Positions 56,346 to 64,000 of a stretch of 64,000 nt of DNA are shown here, piece by piece (the stretch's first letter is position 1; every line of letters begins with the position of its first letter). The position numbers and the translations under genes were made by a program. This stretch comes from an uncultured virus (IMG/VR IMGVR_UViG_3300027704_000010) (Duplodnaviria > Heunggongvirae > Uroviricota > Caudoviricetes): the IMG/VR virus record IMGVR_UViG_3300027704_000010; one strand, written 5' to 3'. The notes beneath the pieces are model-generated. The model made no database searches, was not told the DNA's origin, and was given only the letters and a program-made list of their open reading frames with translations.

Positions 56346-59300
56346 CTAATATCCGCTGTTGTCTGTTGAGCTACTAGAGTTGCCCACAGAATTATTTAGG
56401 GTAATTGTATTACCCAATGTAGTGTTTGCTACACTTTGATCCAGTACATAAGTACCATGGTAGTATGTTACACTGTTAGGCATGTAAAATACTTGCCCAA
56501 AGAATGTGTGCGTCATACTTGTTCCGTCACCTGCAAAGTTTGCCGCTTCAGCTGAAGCATATAACGGATAGTAACCATTAATAGCATAAGGACCCACAGA
56601 GCTGTCAACACCATTGTATGTTGTTAATAGTCCGCTACTAGTCTTGTTAGGCTTAATGTTACCATGTGTTAATTTGTCTACAACATCAATTTCGTCAATG
56701 CCGGCTGTACTTAAAAATAGTTCGTCTGCATCTGCTTTAACTTGGAATAAGTCTCCAAAAACACCACTTGCTTTTGTAGGCACAATAACAATACTGCCTA
56801 TAGCATTTCCAACTTGCTGATGTATATAACTGCTTAGTTCTGTGAAGTAAAAAGTATCGCCGAAGTCCCAATTATCTACATTGAAATATTGGTTAATTGC
56901 GCCAATAACTTTTGTTTTAATTTCGTTATCACTTAAACTTGTTCCAGGCAATCGAACAACTTTGAATTTTGCTTGTAGCTCATCAGTTGCATCATCGCCA
57001 AATATTAATTTAAATCTTCCACTCTTGAATACTAATTGGTCACTAGCAGATTTAAAGTCTTGTAAAATAGCAAATTCGTTTTCTAATTCTGAACTAGTAG
57101 GTGCTGTTGGGAAATCTGTTCCTGGCACTTTAATATAAGATTGCATGTCTTCCCAGTACGAAGAAGTAAGTACAAAGAATTCATGTACGTTACTAACACT
57201 AGGATCGATTCGCATACTATTGTCTGCAACGTGAGTCCATTTAAATACTACACCGTTTTGTCTGAGTGACTTAGAATTCTGTGTAAAACTTCTGCCTTTT
57301 TTAGCAAAGTGACTTGAACTTTCGTAGTTGCTAACACTTGCTAAGTTTGTGCTACTCTTAGTTAAAATAAATACCTTCCCAGTATCTTTAGAATAAATCT
57401 TTTTATTATGCATGCCACCAGTAGTTTCATTTTTACCTTGCTGGTTATTAAATAAATCAACAACAGTTTTGTTTCTAACTAAGTAGAATTCGTAATCAGC
57501 AGTATTATACGGCACACCAGCGGCGCCTGTCACAGTTGATCTATCTCCAGCAAACGTTAGTGTTGTTTCTTTTCTTAAATCTAATATGCCTGTTTTAACT
57601 GGTCTAGTATAAGTGTAGCCATCAAAGTCTTCATAATTTTCAAATAATATAATGTCGTCTGCGCCAACAAAATGTTCAAACTGGATTGGATTATCTGGAC
57701 TATCTGATGATGCTGTATTAACAGGAGTAACTTTAACCTTCTTAGGATCAGTATATCCGTCTGGGTAACTAAAGTTTCCTATAGCACTATATACTATCGG
57801 AGCATCAAGTCTAGAGTTGTCGTTAACATACTTAACTGCAATAGTATCACTTCTGTTATTTCTAGCAGAGTTGTCTATAGCATAGTGATGTCTTGCTTCA
57901 AAGTCAACTACAAGTGTTCCTGTCTGTGCCGCATAGTTACTAGTAGCTAATTGGAAAGAAGCGCCAGCTACTGTACATGAACCGCCTGCCGCCAGTGTTA
58001 AGTTCTGATTATTATATCTGTATGCAATGCCGCCTGTAGCATTTAAAATTGGTCCACCGAATGTGGTACCATCAAACGCTATAGTTATTTTTGGCAACTT
58101 ATAAATTACGCCAGTGTCTGCAACTACTACTACTTTGTCAGTAACAGTTGTTGATGCCGATGTGCCTAATTCAATTGATGTTGGTTGTACAAAAGCCCCT
58201 ATGGCTCCATTTTGATAAATTCCTAAGTTAGATATAACTGAAACTGCTATATCGTAATGCTTAACATTTCTGGAAATCAACGGTATATTAGAAAAGTAAG
58301 ATCCTGTAGTACCTAAATACCACTTGTCTCCAATTATTACACCGTCTTCGTCAACCCATGTAAATGATTCTGTGAAACTAGGCTTAATGTTTAATGTTGG
58401 TAATTCAATTGAATCGTATTTTGCTAAACCTGTTGCGTTATCCTGTAACCTGTTTTCATTGACATTATAAAATCTAACATCGTCTAAACTTTCGAACACA
58501 AATTGTGTTCCTCTAATTTCAATATCATATCTGTATGATAATGTATCTACATTAACATATTTAAATTTTAATATCCAACTTGCATCTAATCCTGTTCCTG
58601 ATGAATCTCCGGTATACGAAGCACTAAAGTCTTTAGCAGTACTTAAATTATTATTCTCTATAATATAGAATCTATTTTCGCTAGGCATAAATCTTACGCC
58701 AAATGTTCTTCTAGAAGCCATTGCCGATTTTAATTGCTGTTCTTCTAATGCAAATAATGTTTTTCTTAAAATAACAATTACTTCATCACATTTCCAACCA
58801 TTTGTAATTTTCTTATTAAGTTTAACTGGGCCATTTGATGTACTACTAGCCGAGTTTCTAACACCGTTGTTATCCATACTAACAATCTTAGCCCATTCAT
58901 ATTTTGTTTTATCAGTGGGATCATAGAATTTTAACATATAGCCAGGCTGTATAATTTTAAACAGCGTATTAGCTACATTAACGTCAGTAGGTGTTCCACC
59001 AGCTGTATATGTCTCAGACATATACCCAAACACACCTGTAGCAATTCTTGGCAATGTATTCCATGTTATGCCGAATAATGAAATATCAAACATATCAGTA
59101 TAAGCAGGAACTTCTTTAACTTTAGTTCTAAATGTGCTGTAAATAAAATCATTAAGTTTTAAGTTCTTAATAATAGTTGGAAACTTTGTGTTAATAAAAT
59201 CTTGTGTAGTATTCGTAGTTGTTACTTTAAATGCATCACTAGAGTTACTAGGCTCTTCATACAATGCGCCATCTTCTGCGATACTAGTTGTGGTCTGGAA

Positions 59301-60719
59301 AGTACTAGTAGGATCTGTAATATCAATATATCTACTGTGTCCAGCATGTGTTTTGTTAGTAACTTTTAATTTTTTAATGTTTGTGCTTTTAGCTAAAGGA
59401 AGTACTTGGTAGTCTTGAGCTGTAACCATTCTGTCTTGAGCATAATATGCCTGTGGTGCTCTTTCCTTAATGCCAGCAAGTGTTTCTGCAGGTAAACTGT
59501 TTGATACCTTGCTTTCTAGTTTTGATGTAATTGTTAACTGATGCGATTTACCATCTCCTGTAAAGTATGGTATAGTTGTTACAACAGTTCTAACATCATC
59601 TGGCTGTAGTGCAAATCTTTCGTTGTCACTAACTCTGTACTGAGCTTTAAATGATCCCATAGGTACGTTTGCAAAGTTACCGTCTGCAAACTGTAGTCTA
59701 ATACCACCTTGTCCTACATTTTGTACAGCATATAATAACGGAGTATTTTTAGCCTTAGTGTTATACATTAAAGTCTGTCCAACAGTGTTTGGAACTTTAA
59801 CCCACTTAGTTAATACTTTATCATTACTATCTACTTCTGACAAATATACATCTGTTTCATTAATATTATCAACAGCAATTGCTTGTTGTCTGTTTTCAAT
59901 TGGTGTAGTAAAATCGAAATTTGATGATCGCAATGTGCCTTGCTTAAACATCATAAAGAATCCAGTATTTTTACTTAATGATCCTAGTCCGTCATTTCTA
60001 TGAAGTATTGAAAAGTTGTTTGTGCTGTCTGGATGCTTTTCTGCAAACACACCGGCATCTTCAAAATCAACATTCACAAATTCAAATGCTCTGTCAACTC
60101 CGTTAACATTTACATCAAAGCCGTATGTTTGCGATGCAGTGATTGGAGTGTTAATATCGTATCTGTCTGTTATGATTCCACCGACAGTTCCTGTTTTTAC
60201 AGGCTTACTAAATCTGTTAACATTACCAAATGCACTATTCATTATAGTTAAAAATTGTTCGTAACTGTCTGGATTGTTTGCATCGTTCCAGCTAATAGTT
60301 TTATCGTTTATACTTGCACCCGAACTATCTGTTAACGCCTCTGAAGTTGACACGCTTACAATTTTCATTAATCCACTTGCAGGCATATTTCGTTTTGGAT
60401 TGTATCCAAGTTGTCTAGCAAGTTTAAATACCGAGTCTCTTCGCTCAGCAGTTTCTAAAAAGTTTTCTCTTGTATTAACATCCATTCTGAATGCAATACT
60501 TTGCCCGAGGTAGGCAAGCAATTCTATGATTGCTATGAATTCTGAACTTTCAATATAATCATTGAAGTTTTCTGGAAAATTAGATTTGATATATTCGACC
60601 ATTGCATTTCTAATAGTGTCAAAGTCGTATGCTTGAAAGTCTACTTGACTATATGCCTGATAGGCTACTGACCAATCTTCTGCCGCGAATAAATTATTTT
60701 GTCTGCTATTAACTGCCAT
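56346..60719 (-). CDS. baseplate wedge protein (T4 gp6-like)
   Basis: DFDTIR...FNDYIESSE...LAY...RENFLETAERR.SV..LA..LGY, F.DG.F, ET...IKERAP..Y..Q.RMVTAQDY. Follows the gp25-like gene. Confidence 0.85.
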   Translation of the reverse strand: MAVNSRQNNLFAAEDWSVAYQAYSQVDFQAYDFDTIRNAMVEYIKSNFPENFNDYIESSEFIAIIELLAYLGQSIAFRMDVNTRENFLETAERRDSVFKLARQLGYNPKRNMPASGLMKIVSVSTSEALTDSSGASINDKTISWNDANNPDSYEQFLTIMNSAFGNVNRFSKPVKTGTVGGIITDRYDINTPITASQTYGFDVNVNGVDRAFEFVNVDFEDAGVFAEKHPDSTNNFSILHRNDGLGSLSKNTGFFMMFKQGTLRSSNFDFTTPIENRQQAIAVDNINETDVYLSEVDSNDKVLTKWVKVPNTVGQTLMYNTKAKNTPLLYAVQNVGQGGIRLQFADGNFANVPMGSFKAQYRVSDNERFALQPDDVRTVVTTIPYFTGDGKSHQLTITSKLESKVSNSLPAETLAGIKERAPQAYYAQDRMVTAQDYQVLPLAKSTNIKKLKVTNKTHAGHSRYIDITDPTSTFQTTTSIAEDGALYEEPSNSSDAFKVTTTNTTQDFINTKFPTIIKNLKLNDFIYSTFRTKVKEVPAYTDMFDISLFGITWNTLPRIATGVFGYMSETYTAGGTPTDVNVANTLFKIIQPGYMLKFYDPTDKTKYEWAKIVSMDNNGVRNSASSTSNGPVKLNKKITNGWKCDEVIVILRKTLFALEEQQLKSAMASRRTFGVRFMPSENRFYIIENNNLSTAKDFSASYTGDSSGTGLDASWILKFKYVNVDTLSYRYDIEIRGTQFVFESLDDVRFYNVNENRLQDNATGLAKYDSIELPTLNIKPSFTESFTWVDEDGVIIGDKWYLGTTGSYFSNIPLISRNVKHYDIAVSVISNLGIYQNGAIGAFVQPTSIELGTSASTTVTDKVVVVADTGVIYKLPKITIAFDGTTFGGPILNATGGIAYRYNNQNLTLAAGGSCTVAGASFQLATSNYAAQTGTLVVDFEARHHYAIDNSARNNRSDTIAVKYVNDNSRLDAPIVYSAIGNFSYPDGYTDPKKVKVTPVNTASSDSPDNPIQFEHFVGADDIILFENYEDFDGYTYTRPVKTGILDLRKETTLTFAGDRSTVTGAAGVPYNTADYEFYLVRNKTVVDLFNNQQGKNETTGGMHNKKIYSKDTGKVFILTKSSTNLASVSNYESSSHFAKKGRSFTQNSKSLRQNGVVFKWTHVADNSMRIDPSVSNVHEFFVLTSSYWEDMQSYIKVPGTDFPTAPTSSELENEFAILQDFKSASDQLVFKSGRFKLIFGDDATDELQAKFKVVRLPGTSLSDNEIKTKVIGAINQYFNVDNWDFGDTFYFTELSSYIHQQVGNAIGSIVIVPTKASGVFGDLFQVKADADELFLSTAGIDEIDVVDKLTHGNIKPNKTSSGLLTTYNGVDSSVGPYAINGYYPLYASAEAANFAGDGTSMTHTFFGQVFYMPNSVTYYHGTYVLDQSVANTTLGNTITLNNSVGNSSSSTDNSGY

Positions 60720-60720
60720 G

Positions 60721-61092
60721 TTATATCTCTACGTTTTCCCTAGCATACTCTACAAATAGTGTGTCTTCCGATAAAAACGGTTTAAACTTTAAGTGTAATG
60801 TTATGCGAATTGTGTGGTCTAATACATCAGTGAACATATCGGTCATTTCTACCCTGCTGTCCTTCGATACAATACGCTCTATATCTTCTTTGATTTCTGC
60901 AACAACGTATTGGTCTAGAGGGTTCATTATAATATCCCAAATTCTAGTACCATATGTAGGTCTCATTACTCGCTCACCTCTTTTGGTATAAAGTTCGTTA
61001 AGTAAGTCAGCTTTTATAAGTTCACCATCAATTAGCGTATAAGGTGCCCTTACCTTGCCTGTTGTGCTGAATCCTCTGTATATATTTGCCAT
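60721..61092 (-). CDS. baseplate wedge subunit (gp25/GPW family)
   Basis: LIKADLLN...T.RGERVMRPTYGT.IW.....P...I...D.RV. Confidence 0.92.
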   Translation of the reverse strand: MANIYRGFSTTGKVRAPYTLIDGELIKADLLNELYTKRGERVMRPTYGTRIWDIIMNPLDQYVVAEIKEDIERIVSKDSRVEMTDMFTDVLDHTIRITLHLKFKPFLSEDTLFVEYARENVEI

Positions 61093-61097
61093 ACAAC

Positions 61098-61129
61098 TAT
61101 TTATCCTAAAGGATTAAAACTAGTTATAA
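61098..61129 (-). promoter_or_regulatory. late promoter GATAAATA with upstream 16-bp near-palindrome
   Basis: Minus strand: TTATAACTAGTTTTAA-N8-GATAAATA-N5-ATG. Confidence 0.6.
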
Positions 61130-61157
61130 TAAACACCATAATAAGCCTAAAAAAATG

Positions 61158-61186
61158 TTGACTTTTCAATAGAATGGATACATAAT
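61158..61186 (+). promoter_or_regulatory. sigma70-type promoter
   Basis: Upstream A-tract, TTGACT (61158-61163), 17-nt spacer, CATAAT (61181-61186). Confidence 0.7.
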
Positions 61187-61235
61187 AACATAGTAGGAAT
61201 TATCTTGCTAATTTTATAAATTTATAGGAATAACA

Positions 61236-61511
61236 ATGAGAAATATCATTGAACGATTCGACAGCATTTGCAAAAAAGCAGACGCAGTTAACAAGCAGTT
61301 AAAATTAACTGATCAGTCTTCTGGGTACGGACCTCGTTTCCAAAAGATGATGTCGAAAAAACAGAATCGTCTACATTCCGTAGGCATTTACGATTACCAC
61401 ACTAAGGGCTATGTATTGTTCGAAATGGTTAATCTTGTAGGTCAGAAGGGCAAAGTACCACAGGAATTCTATGACATGGAATCTATGCTCAAGAATGCCG
61501 TTACCGCCTAA
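61236..61511 (+). CDS. hypothetical protein
   Basis: 91-aa ORF with SD-like AGGA, downstream of the sigma70-type promoter. Confidence 0.75.
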   Translation: MRNIIERFDSICKKADAVNKQLKLTDQSSGYGPRFQKMMSKKQNRLHSVGIYDYHTKGYVLFEMVNLVGQKGKVPQEFYDMESMLKNAVTA

Positions 61512-62121
61512 CAAAAATATTGTTTTTATACATGGTAGTGGCGCCTCCACGTTAAGTTTTAACTTTTTACAAATATTCTTGCCAGAACATAACGTACTTT
61601 ATATAGAGTACGACACGCAAGAGCTACCGGAAACATTAGTAACTCGTATCAAAATGGAAATACTCGATGAGTTTGGGCATGAACCATTCTCCGTAATAGC
61701 ACATAGTTACGGGTGTTTGCTAGGATTAAAAGCGGTACAGGCATTTGCTAACTGTGAAGTATTTTTAGCCATGAGTGCTCCGTGGGGCGGTAGTAGAACA
61801 GCAAAATGGTTATCGTATGCATTCAGACACAGCAAACTTTTTACAGCACTAAATCCAAAGAGTACGTTTATCACTGCATTACAAACTGTAAACAATGATT
61901 TTAAGATAATTAACATAGTAACAACAGGAACTAGAGGAGCCGGAAATGCTCTTGCTGGTATGGGTGAATCTAACGATGGCACTCTAACTGTTAAAACACA
62001 GAAATCTGTTCCTAGTAATTTTAATAATTTGAAACAGATTGAAATGGGTACTAGTCACAACGAAGTGCTAGTTAATTTTGAAACGGTTGAAATTATAAAA
62101 AGGGAGATGTTTGGTGAATAA
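61495..62121 (+). CDS. alpha/beta hydrolase (lipase/esterase, PGAP1-like)
   Basis: VFIHGSG oxyanion motif, AHSYG nucleophile elbow, SAPWGGS, NDGTL and SHNEVL (Ser-Asp-His triad). Confidence 0.85.
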   Translation: MPLPPNKNIVFIHGSGASTLSFNFLQIFLPEHNVLYIEYDTQELPETLVTRIKMEILDEFGHEPFSVIAHSYGCLLGLKAVQAFANCEVFLAMSAPWGGSRTAKWLSYAFRHSKLFTALNPKSTFITALQTVNNDFKIINIVTTGTRGAGNALAGMGESNDGTLTVKTQKSVPSNFNNLKQIEMGTSHNEVLVNFETVEIIKREMFGE

Positions 62122-62326
62122 TAACCATAGCTTAAACGATACCTTAGAAGAAGAACTTCGTCTTATGCTTGTTGACAAGAACAACGAATGTAATCAACTA
62201 AGAGCCGAAATTAAAACTTTAAGAAGATCAGTTGCTGAAGAACAAGAAGGCAAATATAGAGCCTATATCAAGTTTGCTGATTTACAACAACAAATACATA
62301 CAAATAAGAATAACGAAACAGCTTAA
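62114..62326 (+). CDS. small coiled-coil protein
   Basis: LEEELRLML...LRAEIKTLRRSVAEEQEGKYRAY. SD AGGGAG. Confidence 0.7.
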   Translation: MNNNHSLNDTLEEELRLMLVDKNNECNQLRAEIKTLRRSVAEEQEGKYRAYIKFADLQQQIHTNKNNETA

Positions 62327-63867
62327 CTAGTTGGTTTGTCTTTGTCTGCATGGCCTATGTAAGGCTCTCGAGTCAGTAATGGCTCTATAATACTAGTAAC
62401 AGTATCTTTATTACCATCTCTCTCACCGTCAGTGGTCAACGGATTATCTTCGCTAGTTGCTTGAAAGTCATATTCCCACCCTGGTGTTTCTATTGGCTGG
62501 TCTTCATGTGCTATTGTCGGTATAGCCAAAGCGGCTTTACTGTTTTCTGCCTGTGTTGCACTACCACCATCATTGAGATGCACCGTACTGCCCACTACGT
62601 TTACTTTATTACCTGCTTGTATATTTGTCTCACCGCCTGCCTTAATATGCTGAGTTTCTGACGCTGTACTAAACATGTTAGACTTAGCATTTAAATGCAT
62701 GTCAGCGCCAGCGGTTGCAAGTAGTGATCGTCTGGCAGTTAAATGCATACTGCCTAACTCGTCTACTTCTAACACAAAGTCTTTCATAACTTTCATAGTA
62801 GCTTCTGCGCCAGCGTTAATGTTGAGTACGCCACGTTGATTGCCGTCCTCGTCTTGTTGTTCATGTGCTTCGCCATAAACACCTGCATTAATATTTACAG
62901 ATGTGTTGCCTTCTAGATTTAAATTTTTGTCTGCACGAATATTGATGTTACCTTTAGCTCTATACGAAATATCTTTTTCACTATATATTTGTATGTCGCC
63001 GTCTCCACTCATCTCTACCCACGCAGTACCTTTTGCATTTATTATATAAATTAGTCCGTTAGTGTCGTCCATTAATACTTGGTTGCCACCTGCTGTTCTA
63101 ATTCTTATATTTTTACTGTCGCCGTTGATGTCGCCATCGTCCATCACAAAACTGTGTCCACCTGTTCTGTGTGTGCCGTCTTTTTTACCTGTAGTTAAAT
63201 TTACATCTTCTGCACCAGGAGTAGATATACCAAATACTGCACTAGGTGATTCTCTTCTTGCACTAGATGACGATAAGCCTCTGAGCTTGTCATTTATTAA
63301 GCCTTGGTCAAGAATAGGTTTTGTTATATATGGGTTAACTGGTCGTGTAGCATTAACACCGTGATTTATTTGGTCTGTTTGTCTATTAACTTCTGCAACT
63401 GGCAATTTTTGGTCTGTGCCAAAAGTTCTGCCTGCGGCATTACCAGGTACCATGTTAGCCATTTGATCTGGTAGTAAACATCCTAGTACAAATGGTAATT
63501 TAGATTTGCCGTCAGCAAAACATACTAATACCCAGTTACCTACATCAGGCGGTACCATCCACATGCCATATGTTTTTTGTGTTTCGACATACGATGCTAA
63601 ATTGTCTCCAATTCTGTTAGCCGGGGTACTTCCACCAAACGGAGTACTCCAGAATGCATTAACCCAATTACTCGGATTATCTCTATCTTTGCCTAACGAT
63701 GGAATATACACTGTTAGTCTGCCACTGTTAGTATCGTCTTTAGGTCTAACAATAACTTCGCCTAAATATACACCGAAATCTAAATCAGCATTTTTAGTCA
63801 TTTCCGCAGTGGGATTATTTCTACTAACTTTAAACTTATCTGCTCTATAATTTCCGCGTAAACTCAT
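62323..63867 (-). CDS. baseplate hub/central spike protein (T4 gp5/VgrG-like), no recognisable lysozyme domain
   Basis: OB-fold GRLTVYIP...YGMWMVPPDVGNWVLVCF, RTGGHSFVMDD / RTAGGNQVLMDD, beta-helix-like repeats, and TVHLN. Confidence 0.85.
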   Translation of the reverse strand: MSLRGNYRADKFKVSRNNPTAEMTKNADLDFGVYLGEVIVRPKDDTNSGRLTVYIPSLGKDRDNPSNWVNAFWSTPFGGSTPANRIGDNLASYVETQKTYGMWMVPPDVGNWVLVCFADGKSKLPFVLGCLLPDQMANMVPGNAAGRTFGTDQKLPVAEVNRQTDQINHGVNATRPVNPYITKPILDQGLINDKLRGLSSSSARRESPSAVFGISTPGAEDVNLTTGKKDGTHRTGGHSFVMDDGDINGDSKNIRIRTAGGNQVLMDDTNGLIYIINAKGTAWVEMSGDGDIQIYSEKDISYRAKGNINIRADKNLNLEGNTSVNINAGVYGEAHEQQDEDGNQRGVLNINAGAEATMKVMKDFVLEVDELGSMHLTARRSLLATAGADMHLNAKSNMFSTASETQHIKAGGETNIQAGNKVNVVGSTVHLNDGGSATQAENSKAALAIPTIAHEDQPIETPGWEYDFQATSEDNPLTTDGERDGNKDTVTSIIEPLLTREPYIGHADKDKPTS

Positions 63868-63998
63868 CCGCCTGTACTCCTGTCCGCTTTGGACTCATTA
63901 AATGTTTCTAGTTGTCGTGCGTTGACGGCGTCTGCTTCTGCATTAGGATCAAATCCATCATCTGCTGGACCGGCTAAGTAGCCATCTCCGTAATCTAT
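63864..63998 (-). CDS. 3' end of upstream gene (partial)
   Basis: Open frame ...IDYGDGYLAGPADDGFDPNAEAD...RSTGG*, ending in an ATGA overlap with the gp5-like start. Confidence 0.6.
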   Translation of the reverse strand: MDYGDGYLAGPADDGFDPNAEADAVNARQLETFNESKADRSTGG

Positions 63999-64000
63999 AT

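Noticed and set aside
1158..60991. Numerous plus-strand ORFs of 60-190 aa in the track (e.g. 4009-4422, 27795-28358, 43400-43969)
   Set aside because: They lie fully antisense to well-supported minus-strand genes, have mirror-image composition and no recognisable motifs; shadow ORFs.
62323..63867. Tail lysozyme activity in the gp5-like protein
   Set aside because: No T4-lysozyme or other muramidase motif is visible between the OB-fold and the beta-helix region.
1..64000. Stop-codon reassignment, as in some large phages
   Set aside because: TAG (e.g. 785), TGA and TAA all end genes, and very long ORFs stay open in the standard code.
1..64000. tRNA, rRNA, CRISPR array, integrase/transposase, intron or homing endonuclease
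   Set aside because: Intergenic gaps are mostly under 100 bp, and I saw no cloverleaf, spaced direct repeats or relevant protein motifs. tRNAscan-SE and Infernal were not run.

Overview
A 64-kb segment of an AT-rich, gene-dense large (jumbo-type) tailed phage genome, probably a myovirus, read in the standard genetic code. Nearly all genes lie on the minus strand. The right half (about 35.8-64 kb) is a virion module: a gp5-like hub/spike, gp25-like and gp6-like baseplate proteins, a 5532-aa structural protein with an internal YHYH-like domain, and a tail-fibre-like protein. A small plus-strand cassette driven by a sigma70-type promoter interrupts this module. Directly downstream (about 0.8-35.8 kb) is a co-oriented enzyme island of about 35 kb. 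It encodes eight radical SAM enzymes with an N-terminal SPASM/Twitch-like domain, MetK, a carbamoyltransferase, several glycosyltransferase-like proteins (one built from about 12 tandem repeats), phosphomannomutase, a nucleotide-sugar dehydrogenase, a 2OG-Fe(II) oxygenase, a PLP enzyme, SDRs, a fatty-acid desaturase, an SCP2 protein and a methyltransferase-like protein. T4-late-like TAAATA elements punctuate both halves. Five of them sit exactly 5 nt before an ATG, which suggests leaderless mRNAs, and two baseplate promoters share a 16-bp near-palindrome at an identical offset. All calls come from reading motifs by eye; no database search was run.
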